Shown here piece by piece: positions 8,183 through 18,611 of a DNA stretch of 39,150 nt. The stretch comes from an uncultured Rhizobiaceae bacterium. Lineage in GTDB: Bacteria > Pseudomonadota > Alphaproteobacteria > CADEGL01. The position numbers and the translations under genes were made by a program. Numbering within the stretch: the first letter of the stretch is position 1; each line of letters begins with the position of its first letter. Under the pieces are notes generated by a model. It saw nothing but the letters and a program-made list of their open reading frames with translations. It had not been told where the DNA came from and ran no database searches. Location: contig CAYZFH010000002.1 in assembly GCA_964477375.1 (NCBI GenBank), positions 1 through 39,150 of the forward strand. Direction: 5' to 3'.

Positions 8183-9244
8183 ATGAATCTCGAGAGACTG
8201 AAACAAGTTACCTACGTCGACGTCACTCTATGGCTCATGCGGGCCGTCATCATCATCTTGGTCATCGCCGGCACCATCGGCACGGTCATCAAGGACCGCT
8301 ACACCACCGAGCAATGGGTCAGCATGGTGATGTTCGGCCTCACGATCGGCGGCATCTACGCCTTGATCGCGCTGGGCTACACCATGGTTTACGGCATCCT
8401 GCGCCTGATCAACTTCGCCCACGGCGACATCTTCATGACCGGCGCCTTCACGGCCTATTTCGTGGCCGCGCCTTTGGCCAAATCCGGCTTCCTCGACGAA
8501 TATCTGCTGGTCGGCATGGTCGTCATCTCGCTGGTCGCGATGACGGTCTGTTCGTGTATAGCGCTGATCGTCGAACGAATCTGTTACCGGCCCTTCCGCG
8601 CCGTGCGCTCGCTCGCGCCGCTCATCTGCGCCATCGGCGCGTCGTTCTTCCTCCAGCACGCCTTCCGCGGCATGTACGGCTCGTCCGTGCGCGCCTATCC
8701 GGACGTGCGGTGGTTCGACGTCGTCGTCAACATCATGGGTTTCAACTTCCCGCGCATCCAATTCGTGGTCGTGATCTCGGCGCTGGCGGCGATGTATGCG
8801 CTCTATATCATCGTCCACAAGACCAAGATGGGCACCGCGATGCGCGCCGTGTCCGAGGATCGCGATGCCGCGGCCCTCATGGGCATCGACGTGAACAAGG
8901 TGATCATCTTCACCTTCATTCTCGGCGGCAGCATGGCCGGCATCGGCGGCGTGCTTTATGCCTTCGTCTTCAAGCAGGTCTATTTCTTCATGGGCTTCTT
9001 CCCGGGCATCAAGGCGTTCAGCGCCGCGGTGCTGGGCGGCATCGGCAACGTGCCGGGCGCCATGCTCGGCGGCTTTTTCCTCGGCGTGGTCGAATCCCTG
9101 GGGCCGGCCTTGTTCCTGGACGGCCTGGGCATCGTTGCGCCCTATCAGCTTCGCGACCTGATCGCCTTCACCATGCTGGTCATGGTGCTGATCTTCCGGC
9201 CGCAAGGCATCCTCGGCGAGCGTCTGGCGCGCCAGCGGGCCTAA
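8183..9244 (+). CDS. livH: Branched-chain amino acid ABC transporter permease, LivH family
   Basis: 353-aa ORF containing IYALIALGYTMVYGILRLINFAHGDIFM, the hallmark LivH block. About 40 extra N-terminal residues include a hydrophobic helix. The start (8183 versus the later Met at 8237) is uncertain. Confidence 0.85.
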   Translation: MNLERLKQVTYVDVTLWLMRAVIIILVIAGTIGTVIKDRYTTEQWVSMVMFGLTIGGIYALIALGYTMVYGILRLINFAHGDIFMTGAFTAYFVAAPLAKSGFLDEYLLVGMVVISLVAMTVCSCIALIVERICYRPFRAVRSLAPLICAIGASFFLQHAFRGMYGSSVRAYPDVRWFDVVVNIMGFNFPRIQFVVVISALAAMYALYIIVHKTKMGTAMRAVSEDRDAAALMGIDVNKVIIFTFILGGSMAGIGGVLYAFVFKQVYFFMGFFPGIKAFSAAVLGGIGNVPGAMLGGFFLGVVESLGPALFLDGLGIVAPYQLRDLIAFTMLVMVLIFRPQGILGERLARQRA

Positions 9245-9297
9245 GGGAAACAGTTTCGATCGTCACGGCGCAATCGGCCGAACGGGAGAGTTGAAAG

Positions 9298-11025
9298 ATG
9301 TCGTTTGAAGTTGTTGCCTCGTCCTTCCAGCACAAGGACATCGAACAGTCTCAGTTCCGCCGCACACTGCGGTGCGGTTTGATCGGCGGCGGAACCGTCG
9401 TGGCGCTGTGCGTGTTCGGGTTGATCAACCAGTTCATGGAACGGTGGATCATCGAGAACCTGCTGTCGCTGGCGCATGCCACCTTCATCGGCATGATGCT
9501 CACGGTCGGCGCCCTCATCTGCATGCGGTCGCCGAAGCTGGGCGTGGCCGGACGCATATTCCAGGGCTTCCTCGTCGGCGTCGTTTCCGGCGTGATGCTG
9601 AGTATCCTCATCCTGATCATGGCGACGTTCGACATCCGGAACATGTTTGTTTCGCTGTCGCCAAAGCTGCTCGCGTTCCTGACTTACGGCTTCGATCCCT
9701 ATACGGCCTGCCTCGTCACGATCGTGGCGGGCGGGGTGCTTGCCATGATCGGCGCCATGATCCGTGAAAGTCCGCCGTTGTTGCGCAAGCCGCTGATCGT
9801 TGGCTTGGCCACGGCGTTCTTCATCGGCCTGTTCGCCGAGCTGCTCCAGCTCGCGATGCAGTACGAAACCGTCGATCCGATCCGCGACTACATGTTCACA
9901 TGGGAAGGCCAGACGCTCAGGGGCTTTATCACCATGTTCGTCCTGGGCTTCGTGATTTCTCTTTTCTGGGTGGTCCGCGGCAAGGCCGTGATGGTCAAGC
10001 ACCGCGCCAAGTCCCAGTCCAGCCAGCGCTCGATCCGGTACTTCCTCTACGCCATCGCGGTCGTCCTGTTCCTGCTGTTCCCGATGGCCGCGGGTTCGTT
10101 CTTCGGCCAGGTGCTGATGCTGGTCGGCCTCTACGTGCTGATGGGCATGGGCTTGAACCTGGAAGTCGGCTTGGCCGGCCTTCTCGACCTGGGCTTCGTG
10201 GCCTTCTTCGCCACCGGCGCTTATACGATCGCCTTGTTCACGGCGGACAACGAGCATTTGATCCTGTTGCTCGACCGGCCGCTGACCTGGTGGGAGGCGC
10301 TGCCTCTGGCCATGTTCGCCTCGCTCCTGATGGGCTTGGCGTTCGGCATCCCCGTGCTCAAGGTGCGTGGCGACTATTTGGCCGTGGCCACAATGGGCTT
10401 GGGCGAAATCATCCGCGTGGTCGTCCTGTCGGACATGGCGTCACCGTTGCTCGGCGGCTCGCAGGGTCTCTTGCACATTCCGCGTCCGTGGATCGGAGAT
10501 TTCGAGCTGAACGATCCGATCCATCTGTTCTACCTGACCCTCATATCCTCGATCATCGCGGCCTACTTCGCTTGGGCGCTCGAGAACTCGCGCCTTGGAC
10601 GAGCCTGGATGGCCATTCGCGAGGACGAGGATGTCGGGCAGGCGCTCGGTATCAATCTCGTCAATGTGAAGCTTCTGGCCTATGGCCTGGGCGCGTGGTT
10701 CGCGGGCCTGGCGGGCGCCATCTTCGCCGTCATGCTGGGGTCCATCTTCCCGCACAGCTTCCAGCTCCTCATCTCGATCAACATCCTGGCGCTCATCATC
10801 GTCGGCGGTATCGGCAGTCTGCCGGGCGTCGTCGTGGGTGCTCTGATGCTGATCGGAACGCCCGAGCTTCTGCGCGAGTTCGGCGAATACCGCTTCCTGG
10901 CCTACGGTTTCGTCCTGATCGTCATGATGCGGGTGAAGCCCTTGGGTCTCTGGCCGTCCGCGGTTCGTAAGCGCGAACTGGCGGCCGCGGCCGAGGCCGA
11001 GGCGCAGATGCGCGCCACGTCCTGA
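9298..11025 (+). CDS. livM: Branched-chain amino acid ABC transporter permease, LivM family, with a long N-terminal membrane extension
   Basis: 575-aa ORF with GGGAGAG upstream. The LivM core (YVLMGMGLNLEVGLAGLLDLGFVAFFATGAYT ...) begins near residue 280. About six additional hydrophobic segments precede it. Confidence 0.85.
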   Translation: MSFEVVASSFQHKDIEQSQFRRTLRCGLIGGGTVVALCVFGLINQFMERWIIENLLSLAHATFIGMMLTVGALICMRSPKLGVAGRIFQGFLVGVVSGVMLSILILIMATFDIRNMFVSLSPKLLAFLTYGFDPYTACLVTIVAGGVLAMIGAMIRESPPLLRKPLIVGLATAFFIGLFAELLQLAMQYETVDPIRDYMFTWEGQTLRGFITMFVLGFVISLFWVVRGKAVMVKHRAKSQSSQRSIRYFLYAIAVVLFLLFPMAAGSFFGQVLMLVGLYVLMGMGLNLEVGLAGLLDLGFVAFFATGAYTIALFTADNEHLILLLDRPLTWWEALPLAMFASLLMGLAFGIPVLKVRGDYLAVATMGLGEIIRVVVLSDMASPLLGGSQGLLHIPRPWIGDFELNDPIHLFYLTLISSIIAAYFAWALENSRLGRAWMAIREDEDVGQALGINLVNVKLLAYGLGAWFAGLAGAIFAVMLGSIFPHSFQLLISINILALIIVGGIGSLPGVVVGALMLIGTPELLREFGEYRFLAYGFVLIVMMRVKPLGLWPSAVRKRELAAAAEAEAQMRATS

Positions 11026-11074
11026 TAGAAAACATGATGTTGCGCATGCCAAGCTATCGATCGAGAGATATGCG

Positions 11075-11866
11075 ATGACGACAGGACAGACCCTTCTCAA
11101 GACCAACGCGCTGACCAAGCGGTTCGGTGGTCTGGTGGCCATCGACGCCCTCGACCTCGACGTCAAGGAGCGTTCGATCCACAGCATCATCGGCCCCAAC
11201 GGCGCCGGTAAGACCACGGTCTTCAACTGCATCATGAACTTCTTCCCGATCGAAGGCGGCGAGATCCGCCTTTCGGGCGAGAGGATCGATAACATGACGC
11301 CGGACCGCGTCGCTTATCGCGGCATCGGCCGGACCTACCAGAACATCCGCCTGTTCAAGAACATGTCGTCGATCGAGAACATTCTGGTCGGCATGCACAT
11401 GCATCTGAAGTCGCGCTGGTGGGGCGCGGTTCTGCGCTCGCGCCATTCGCGGCACGACGAGCAGAAGGCGGTCGAGGAAGCCACGCGGCTGCTCCAATAT
11501 GTGGGCCTGCGCGGCAAGGGCGACATCCTGGCCCGCAACCTGCCGTACGGTGACCAGCGCAAGCTGGAGATCGCCCGCGCGCTGGCCATGAAGCCCAAGC
11601 TTCTGATGCTGGACGAGCCGACCGCGGGTATGAACCCGTCGGAAAGCCTCGAGATGGTCGGTTTCATCCGAGGCCTGCGCGATCAGCTCGGCATCACGAT
11701 CCTTTTGATCGAACACCATATGCCCGTGGTCATGGGCATGTCCGATACTGTCACCGTTCTCGACCATGGCACCAAGATCTCCGAAGGCCCGCCGGATCAC
11801 GTGAAGCGGGACAAGAAGGTGATCGAGGCCTATCTCGGCCAGAGCGGAGTGGGCCACATGACCTGA
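11075..11866 (+). CDS. livG: ABC transporter ATP-binding protein, LivG family
   Basis: 263 aa. Walker A GPNGAGKTT, signature YGDQRKLEIARAL, Walker B LLMLDEPTAGM. Confidence 0.9.
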   Translation: MTTGQTLLKTNALTKRFGGLVAIDALDLDVKERSIHSIIGPNGAGKTTVFNCIMNFFPIEGGEIRLSGERIDNMTPDRVAYRGIGRTYQNIRLFKNMSSIENILVGMHMHLKSRWWGAVLRSRHSRHDEQKAVEEATRLLQYVGLRGKGDILARNLPYGDQRKLEIARALAMKPKLLMLDEPTAGMNPSESLEMVGFIRGLRDQLGITILLIEHHMPVVMGMSDTVTVLDHGTKISEGPPDHVKRDKKVIEAYLGQSGVGHMT

Positions 11867-11907
11867 GCCACGGTTTGGCTTTGGGCTTGGGGCATTAGGA
11901 GATCGAG

Positions 11908-12615
<708 letters not shown>

Positions 12616-12642
12616 GCGGCCTTTCCAGGCGCTTCCGTTCGG

Positions 12643-12676
12643 CGGCCGGCCCCAAAGGGGCCGGCCGTTCGCTTTT
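12643..12676 (+). terminator. Rho-independent terminator after livF
   Basis: CGGCCGGCCCC-AAA-GGGGCCGGCCG hairpin (12643-12667) followed by TTCGCTTTT. Confidence 0.75.
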
Positions 12677-12777
12677 GGCCTGGCCGTTGTCGCCGGGCGG
12701 TTGTTGGGGGTACCATCCCAGCCATATTCGCGGCCCTTTCAGGGGCCGATTTTCACGCCCGGAACAGGGAGTCCTCC

Positions 12778-13719
12778 ATGCGCTTCGATGGCGTCTATTC
12801 CCCGGTGATCACGCCGTTCAACGACGACGAGACGATCGACGAGGCAGCCTGGTACGAGATGATCGATTGGCAGATCGCCAACGGTGTCCATGGGCTCGTG
12901 ATCGGCGGCTCGACCGGCGAGGTCTACGCGCTGTCGAAGGAAGAGCGGCTCGACCAGTTCCGCAAGGCCAAGGCTTTCATCAAAGGCCGCGTGCCCTGGC
13001 TGGCTGGCGTCAACGCCATGACGACCAAGGAGTGCTGCGGCTTCGCCGAGGCCGCGCGCGAGATCGGCGCCGACGGCCTCCTGATCGCGGCACCGCCGTA
13101 TTCTCTGCCGACCGAGAAGGAGCTGGCGCTCCACGTGCTGCGCATCGAGCGCGCCGCGGGCCTGCCGATCATGCTCTACAACTATCCGGGCCGGACGGGC
13201 GTCGAGATGGGCGAGGAGTTCCTCTCGCGCGTGGCGCAGAACGCCAACATCCTCGCCATCAAGGAGACCAGCGGCGACATCAACCGCGTGCACCTGATCG
13301 CGCGCGAGTTCCCGCAGCTTGAGCTGATCTGCGGCGCCGACGACCAGGTGCTCGAGTTCTTCGTCTGGGGCTCGCGCGGCTGGGTGTGCGGCGCTGCCAA
13401 CTGCGTCCTCAAGGAAGCCATCGCCATCTGGGAGGCCTGCGTCGTCGAGAAGGACTTCGAGAAGGGCCGGCGCATGACCATGGCCATGATGCCGCTGTTC
13501 AGCGTGCTCGAGCGCGGCGGCAAGTTCCTGCAGTGCGTGAAATACGCCTGCGACATCCAGGGTCTGCCGTCCGGTGCCGTGCGCCGTCCGCTGCAGCCGC
13601 TGAAGAAGGAGTTCGCGCGCGAGCTGCGCGACGCGCTTCTCAACGGCCAGGCCGCGGTGCGCGCCATCCAGGAAGAAAGCAAGCACCCCGCCGCCAAGGT
13701 GCATCAACTCCGCGCTTAA
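12778..13719 (+). CDS. DHDPS/N-acetylneuraminate-lyase family enzyme; by context a candidate delta1-pyrroline-4-hydroxy-2-carboxylate deaminase
   Basis: 313 aa with GGGAG upstream. It has the GLVIGGSTGE motif and the Schiff-base lysine context ILAIKETSGD. The specific function is inferred only from neighbouring genes. Confidence 0.8.
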   Translation: MRFDGVYSPVITPFNDDETIDEAAWYEMIDWQIANGVHGLVIGGSTGEVYALSKEERLDQFRKAKAFIKGRVPWLAGVNAMTTKECCGFAEAAREIGADGLLIAAPPYSLPTEKELALHVLRIERAAGLPIMLYNYPGRTGVEMGEEFLSRVAQNANILAIKETSGDINRVHLIAREFPQLELICGADDQVLEFFVWGSRGWVCGAANCVLKEAIAIWEACVVEKDFEKGRRMTMAMMPLFSVLERGGKFLQCVKYACDIQGLPSGAVRRPLQPLKKEFARELRDALLNGQAAVRAIQEESKHPAAKVHQLRA

Positions 13720-13731
13720 GGAACCGTGACC

Positions 13732-15258
13732 ATGTCCGATCTTCTGACCCGCGAGGAATTCCAGTCCATCGCGGACCGCATGGACTTGCCCAACAACGCC
13801 TTCATCAACGGCCGCTTCACGGCCGCGCGGGCAGGCAAGCGGTTCGACACGCACAACCCGGCCACGGGCAAGAAGATCACCGAGATCGCGCTGTGCGATG
13901 CGGCTGACGTGGACGCGGCGGTCGCCAAGGCGCGCGAAGCTTTCGAGCGCGGCGTGTGGTCGAAGATGCACCCGACCGAGCGCAAGAAGCGTCTGATCCA
14001 ACTGGCTAAGCTGATCCGCCGCGACCGCTTCCAGCTGGCCGTCATGGAAAGCGTGGAAAGCGGCAAGCCCATCCGCGACATCATGACCGTGGATTTGCCG
14101 GAGACGCTCCACTGCCTGGAATGGCATGCGGAAGCGACCGACAAGCTCTACGACCAGGTCTCGCCCTCGGGCGACGACGCGCTCGGCCTTGTCGTGCGCG
14201 AGCCGCTTGGCGTCATAGCCTGCGTCCTGCCCTGGAACTTCCCGCTGATGATGGTGGCGTGGAAGATCGGGCCGGCGCTTTCGGCCGGCAACAGCGTGAT
14301 CGTGAAGCCCGCCGAGCAGACCAACATGACGACGCTGCGCCTGGCGGAACTGGCGCTCGAGGCCGGCATTCCGCCGGGAGTCTTCTCGGTCGTCACCGGC
14401 CCCGGCGAGGTCACCGGCCGCGCGCTCGGCATGCACCCAGACATCAACGGCATCTCGTTCACGGGCTCGACCGAGATCGGCCGCAAGTTCCTGGAGTATT
14501 CGGCGCAGAGCAACCTGAAGCGCACGGTCCTGGAATGCGGCGGCAAGAACCCGTCCGTCGTCCTGGCCGACGCCGAGAATTTGGACGAGGTGGCGCGCCA
14601 CGTCGTCTATTCGGTACTTTGGAACATGGGCCAGAACTGCTCGTCCAACTCGCGCCTGATCGTCGATCGCAAGATCAAGGACAAGCTGATGGAGCGGGTC
14701 GTGGCGCGCGTGCGCGATTGGCGCACGGGCTATCCGCTCGATCCCGCCAACGCGCTCGGCGCCATCATCTCGAAAGAGCAGTACGACAAGATCCTGCGCT
14801 ATATCGACACGGGCAAGAAGGAAGGCGCCTCGGTCGCGGCCGGCGGCGACGCCATCAAGGACGGCGAGGGGCTCTATATCGCGCCGACCATCTTCGACGG
14901 CGTGAAGCCTTCCATGACCATCGCGAAGGAAGAGATCTTCGGCCCCGTGCTCTCGGTCCTCACGGTCAACTCGACCGAGGAGGCCGTCCAGGTCGCCAAC
15001 GACACGAGCTATGGGCTCCAGGCCTCGCTCTTCACCTCTAACGTCCGCTCGGCCCACCGCGTCGCGCGGGCGCTCCAGGCCGGCACGGTTACGGTCAACT
15101 GCTACGGCGAGGGCGACATCACCACGCCCTTCGGCGGTTACAAGCTCTCGGGCTTCGGCGGCCGTGACAACTCGCTCAAGGCTCACGACCAGTACACCGA
15201 GACCAAGACCATCTGGCTCGACCTGAGCGACCGCCACATGGACGAGAAGGTCGACTGA
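13732..15258 (+). CDS. NAD(P)-dependent aldehyde dehydrogenase, PuuC-like subfamily
   Basis: ORF 13726-15258. I prefer the ATG at 13732, about 9 nt after AAGGAA. Blocks REPLGVIACVLPWNFPL, LECGGKNP, GQNCSSNSR (catalytic Cys) and FGGYKLSGFGGRDNSLKAHDQYTETKTIW track E. coli PuuC as I remember it. Confidence 0.85.
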   Translation: MSDLLTREEFQSIADRMDLPNNAFINGRFTAARAGKRFDTHNPATGKKITEIALCDAADVDAAVAKAREAFERGVWSKMHPTERKKRLIQLAKLIRRDRFQLAVMESVESGKPIRDIMTVDLPETLHCLEWHAEATDKLYDQVSPSGDDALGLVVREPLGVIACVLPWNFPLMMVAWKIGPALSAGNSVIVKPAEQTNMTTLRLAELALEAGIPPGVFSVVTGPGEVTGRALGMHPDINGISFTGSTEIGRKFLEYSAQSNLKRTVLECGGKNPSVVLADAENLDEVARHVVYSVLWNMGQNCSSNSRLIVDRKIKDKLMERVVARVRDWRTGYPLDPANALGAIISKEQYDKILRYIDTGKKEGASVAAGGDAIKDGEGLYIAPTIFDGVKPSMTIAKEEIFGPVLSVLTVNSTEEAVQVANDTSYGLQASLFTSNVRSAHRVARALQAGTVTVNCYGEGDITTPFGGYKLSGFGGRDNSLKAHDQYTETKTIWLDLSDRHMDEKVD

Positions 15259-15286
15259 CGGGCACGCCTGCCGTCCCTCGCTTTCC

Positions 15287-16186
15287 GTGACGGATCCTGC
15301 TTCCGGGCGCCTCAGGCTCGCGGCGAATGCCAGCCTGGGCGCGGCCGTCCTGCTGTGGAGCAGCTTCTACGGCGTGATGGAGCAGCTCGTCCGGAGCTGG
15401 GACGTCTTCTCGCTCACCACCTTCCGGCTTCTGCTCGGCACCACGATCATGGCGCTCATGCTGCTCCTGCGCGAGGGCACGGCCGCTTTCATGCGCCCCT
15501 TGCCGTGGGGGCGGATCATCCTTCTGGGCGGCATCGGCTTCGGCATGTTCTGCGTCGGCATCACGCTGGGCATTTTGTATGCCGGGCCGATCGCAGCGGC
15601 GTTCGTTTTCACCACTTCGCCGATCGTGACCGCCTTCGTCGCGCGCGTGACCATCGGGCAAAGGCTCGGTCCCGGCACGTTGGTCGGCGCCGTTCTGGCG
15701 TTGGTCGGCGGTGCCTTGGTCGCGATGAAGGACGGCGCGGTCGAGTTCCGCGGTGGCGAGATTTTCACCCTGGCCTGCGTCGTCTGTTTCGCCTGGTATT
15801 CGATCATGCTGCCGCGCTGGCTGCCCGGCCTTTCGACCCTGGCGGCCACCACATTCACGATCGGCGCCGGCGCGCTGTTGACCGTTCCGCTCGGGGCCGC
15901 GGCGCTTCTGGTCGGGCTGGTCGATTTTCACGTCGACCTGTCGTCCCGTTCGCTGCTGTTGATGACCTATCTGGCCATCACCTCGATCTGCTTCGCGGTC
16001 ATGCTGTGGAACTACGGCGTCCGGCATCTCGGCGCGACGGTGGGGTCGATGTATTCCAACCTGAGCCCCGTTTTCGCGGCCTGCATCGCCATGGCGCTCG
16101 GCATCTATCCGACCGCGATGCAGCTCCTGGGCGGGCTCGTGATCCTGGCCGGGGTTATCATCGCCCAGCGCTGGCGCGCATCGTAA
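15287..16186 (+). CDS. EamA/DMT-superfamily transporter
   Basis: 299 aa, hydrophobic throughout with about 10 predicted helices and a two-repeat organisation. The GTG start is uncertain. Confidence 0.7.
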   Translation: MTDPASGRLRLAANASLGAAVLLWSSFYGVMEQLVRSWDVFSLTTFRLLLGTTIMALMLLLREGTAAFMRPLPWGRIILLGGIGFGMFCVGITLGILYAGPIAAAFVFTTSPIVTAFVARVTIGQRLGPGTLVGAVLALVGGALVAMKDGAVEFRGGEIFTLACVVCFAWYSIMLPRWLPGLSTLAATTFTIGAGALLTVPLGAAALLVGLVDFHVDLSSRSLLLMTYLAITSICFAVMLWNYGVRHLGATVGSMYSNLSPVFAACIAMALGIYPTAMQLLGGLVILAGVIIAQRWRAS

Positions 16187-16289
16187 TACCGCTCCCGGGC
16201 GCTGCTTGCGCGCCTCCAAACGCTGGGATAAGCCGTAACGGAACGGCGCCGTCCGGCGCCCCAGGAATTCCCCAAGACGGAGGCGTGCA

Positions 16290-17021
16290 GTGAAAGGCAA
16301 GGCGGTTGTCATTACCGGCGGTGCGCAGGGTATCGGCTATGCGATCTCCGAGCTTCTGGTCGAGCGCGGCGCCAAGGTCGCGATCATGGACGTCCAGCAG
16401 GCCGTCATCGACAAGGCCGTCGCGGGCCTCAAGGCCAAGGGCGGTGAGGCCGTCGGCATCGCCGTCGACCTGCGCGTCGGCGCCAACTGCTACAAGGCCT
16501 TCGATCAGGCCGTGAAGGCGTTCGGCCGCATCGATGCACTCGGCAATGTGGCCGGCGTCTATGTCCGCAAGCACATCCTCGAGATCACCGACGACGAGTG
16601 GAACGAGATGCTAGGCGTCAATGTGCGCGGCCTCTACCACATGACCGTCGCGGCCTTCAAACACATGAAAGAGAAGGGCGGCGGCAAGATCGTCAACATC
16701 GCCTCGATCGATGCCTGGAAGGCGCACCCGAAGAATTCGCATTACGCGGCGTCGAAGGCGGCGGTGGTCAGCCTGTCGCGCAGCTTCGCCCTCGAAGGCG
16801 CGCCCCACAAAATCTACGTCAACACGATCTCGCCCGGCCCGGTCGCGACCGAGAAGGCCAAGAACGCGGGCTGGTTGCCCGAGGAGGCGGCCAAGGTCCC
16901 GCTCGGCCGCGCGGCGGAGCCGGTCGATATCGCCAAGGCCTTCTGCTATCTGGCCAGCGACGAGAGCGACTATGTCGTCGGCGTGAACCTGTTCGTGAAC
17001 GGCGGCTACATCATTCTCTAA
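16290..17021 (+). CDS. Short-chain dehydrogenase/reductase (classical SDR, FabG-like), SDR-1
   Basis: 243 aa with a GTG start after GACGGAGG. It has TGGAQGIGYA, NIAS and YAASK motifs. It is more distant from the next three SDRs. Confidence 0.85.
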   Translation: MKGKAVVITGGAQGIGYAISELLVERGAKVAIMDVQQAVIDKAVAGLKAKGGEAVGIAVDLRVGANCYKAFDQAVKAFGRIDALGNVAGVYVRKHILEITDDEWNEMLGVNVRGLYHMTVAAFKHMKEKGGGKIVNIASIDAWKAHPKNSHYAASKAAVVSLSRSFALEGAPHKIYVNTISPGPVATEKAKNAGWLPEEAAKVPLGRAAEPVDIAKAFCYLASDESDYVVGVNLFVNGGYIIL

Positions 17022-17035
17022 GTCGGGAGCGGTAC

Positions 17036-17812
17036 ATGGCGGCGAATCGGCCCGAGGCGCGCCTCGACGGCAAGGTCATCGTGGTGACGGGCGCCGGCAT
17101 GGGCATGGGCAAGACTCATGCCCAGCTTCTGGCCGAGCGCGGCGCCCATGTCGTGGTGCAGGACATCCAGAAGGAGAAGGCCGAGGAGACCGCGCACCTG
17201 GTCACCAAGGCCGGTGGCAAGGCGCATGTCGTGGCCTGCGACATCTCGGACACGGCGGCCGTCGCGCGCGAGTTCGCCGCGATGGAGAAGGCGCTCGGTC
17301 GCGTCGACGTCCTGGTCAACAACGCGGGCATCCACAACCGCCGCACGATCGAGCAGGTCACGGTCGACGACTTCGAGAAGATGTTCGACGTCCATGTGAA
17401 GGGCACCTTCTTCGCGACCAAGGCCGTGATCCCGGGCATGAAATCGCGCAAGTCCGGCAAGATCATCAACATCTCCTCGGCCTGGGGCATGGTCGGCAAT
17501 CCGGTCGACAGCCACTATTGCGGCGCCAAGGCCGCGCTTCTCGGCGTGACCAAATCCTGGGCCAAGGAATACGCGCCCTGGAACATCACGGTGAACGCCA
17601 TCGCCCCTGGCATGGTGATGACCGAGATGACCAAGCAGAACCGCTCGGCCGCCGAGTTGAAGGAATTCACCGACAAGCTGATCCCGCTGGGCCGCCTGGG
17701 CGAGCCGGTCGAGTTCAGTTACTCGGTCGCGTTCCTGGCATCCAAGGAATCGGACTTCATCACGGGACAAGTCCTGTCGCCCAACGGCGGCGAATTCATC
17801 GTCGGATTCTAA
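17036..17812 (+). CDS. Short-chain dehydrogenase/reductase, SDR-2
   Basis: The ATG at 17036 lies within ORF 16598-17812; the upstream part of that ORF overlaps SDR-1 out of frame. Motifs are LDGKVIVVTGAGMGMGK, NNAG, NISS and YCGAK. Confidence 0.85.
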   Translation: MAANRPEARLDGKVIVVTGAGMGMGKTHAQLLAERGAHVVVQDIQKEKAEETAHLVTKAGGKAHVVACDISDTAAVAREFAAMEKALGRVDVLVNNAGIHNRRTIEQVTVDDFEKMFDVHVKGTFFATKAVIPGMKSRKSGKIINISSAWGMVGNPVDSHYCGAKAALLGVTKSWAKEYAPWNITVNAIAPGMVMTEMTKQNRSAAELKEFTDKLIPLGRLGEPVEFSYSVAFLASKESDFITGQVLSPNGGEFIVGF

Positions 17813-17824
17813 GAGGCAGCGAAG

Positions 17825-18604
17825 ATGACAACGGATCAACGCAAGAGCGCGCGGCTCGACGGCAAGGTTGCCATCGTCACCGGCGCGGGTGCCGGCATGG
17901 GCAAGGCTGAGGCCATTTTCCTGGCGGAGCGCGGCGCGCGCGTGGGCGTGCAGGACATCGACCCCAAGGCGGCCGAGGCGACCGCGGAAGAGATCCGCAA
18001 AGCCGGCGGCGAATGCTTGGTGCTGGTCGGCGATCTGGCCAAGCCCGCAGAATCGGCGCGCAACGTCGCGGAGGCTGTGGCCAAGTGGGGCGGCGTCGAC
18101 GTGCTGGTGAATAACGCCGCCATCCACGAGTTCAAGGATTCCGAACAGATGGACGAAGCCAGCTTCGACCGGATGTTCGACATCAACGTGAAGGGCTTGT
18201 TCTTCGTGACTCAGGCCGTGATCAAGAGCATGAAGGCCAAGGGCGGGGGCAAGATCATCAACATTGCGTCGACCGCCGGCATGGTGGGGCAGGGAGGCAG
18301 CCCGCACTATTCCGGTTCCAAAGGCGCCGTGCTGGCCATGACCAAGTCCTGGGCCAAGGAACTGGCGCCCTGGAAGATCACCGTCAACGCCATCAGCCCG
18401 GGCCCGATCATGACCGACATGGTCATCCGCGCCCGCGGCATCGAAGGCGCGAAGAAGCGCGCGGAGACGGAAATCCCCCTGCGCCGCTATGGCGAGCCGG
18501 TCGAGGTGGCGTATCTCGTCGGCTTCCTGGCCTCGTCCGAATCCGACTTCATCACGGGCCAATCCGTGGCCATCAACGGCGGCACCACCATCGTCGGCAT
18601 CTGA
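17825..18604 (+). CDS. Short-chain dehydrogenase/reductase, SDR-3 (paralog of SDR-2 and SDR-4)
   Basis: 259 aa with AAGAGG upstream. Motifs are LDGKVAIVTGAGAGMGK, NIAS and YSGSK. Confidence 0.85.
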   Translation: MTTDQRKSARLDGKVAIVTGAGAGMGKAEAIFLAERGARVGVQDIDPKAAEATAEEIRKAGGECLVLVGDLAKPAESARNVAEAVAKWGGVDVLVNNAAIHEFKDSEQMDEASFDRMFDINVKGLFFVTQAVIKSMKAKGGGKIINIASTAGMVGQGGSPHYSGSKGAVLAMTKSWAKELAPWKITVNAISPGPIMTDMVIRARGIEGAKKRAETEIPLRRYGEPVEVAYLVGFLASSESDFITGQSVAINGGTTIVGI

Positions 18605-18611
18605 GGTCCCC

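Noticed and set aside
12739-15237. 832-aa ORF on the minus strand spanning the DHDPS-like and ALDH genes
   Set aside because: This is a typical high-GC antisense shadow ORF. The translation is Arg/Ala/Gly/Asp-rich and low-complexity, with no recognisable motifs. The plus-strand frames carry clear DHDPS and ALDH signatures and RBS-preceded starts.
16598-17035. N-terminal 146 codons of ORF 16598-17812, which would make a 404-aa fused protein
   Set aside because: This part overlaps SDR-1 in a different frame and translates to an Arg/Gly/Pro-rich sequence. The SDR fold begins at the ATG at 17036 (MAANRPEARLDGKV), matching the paralogs at 17825 and 18612.
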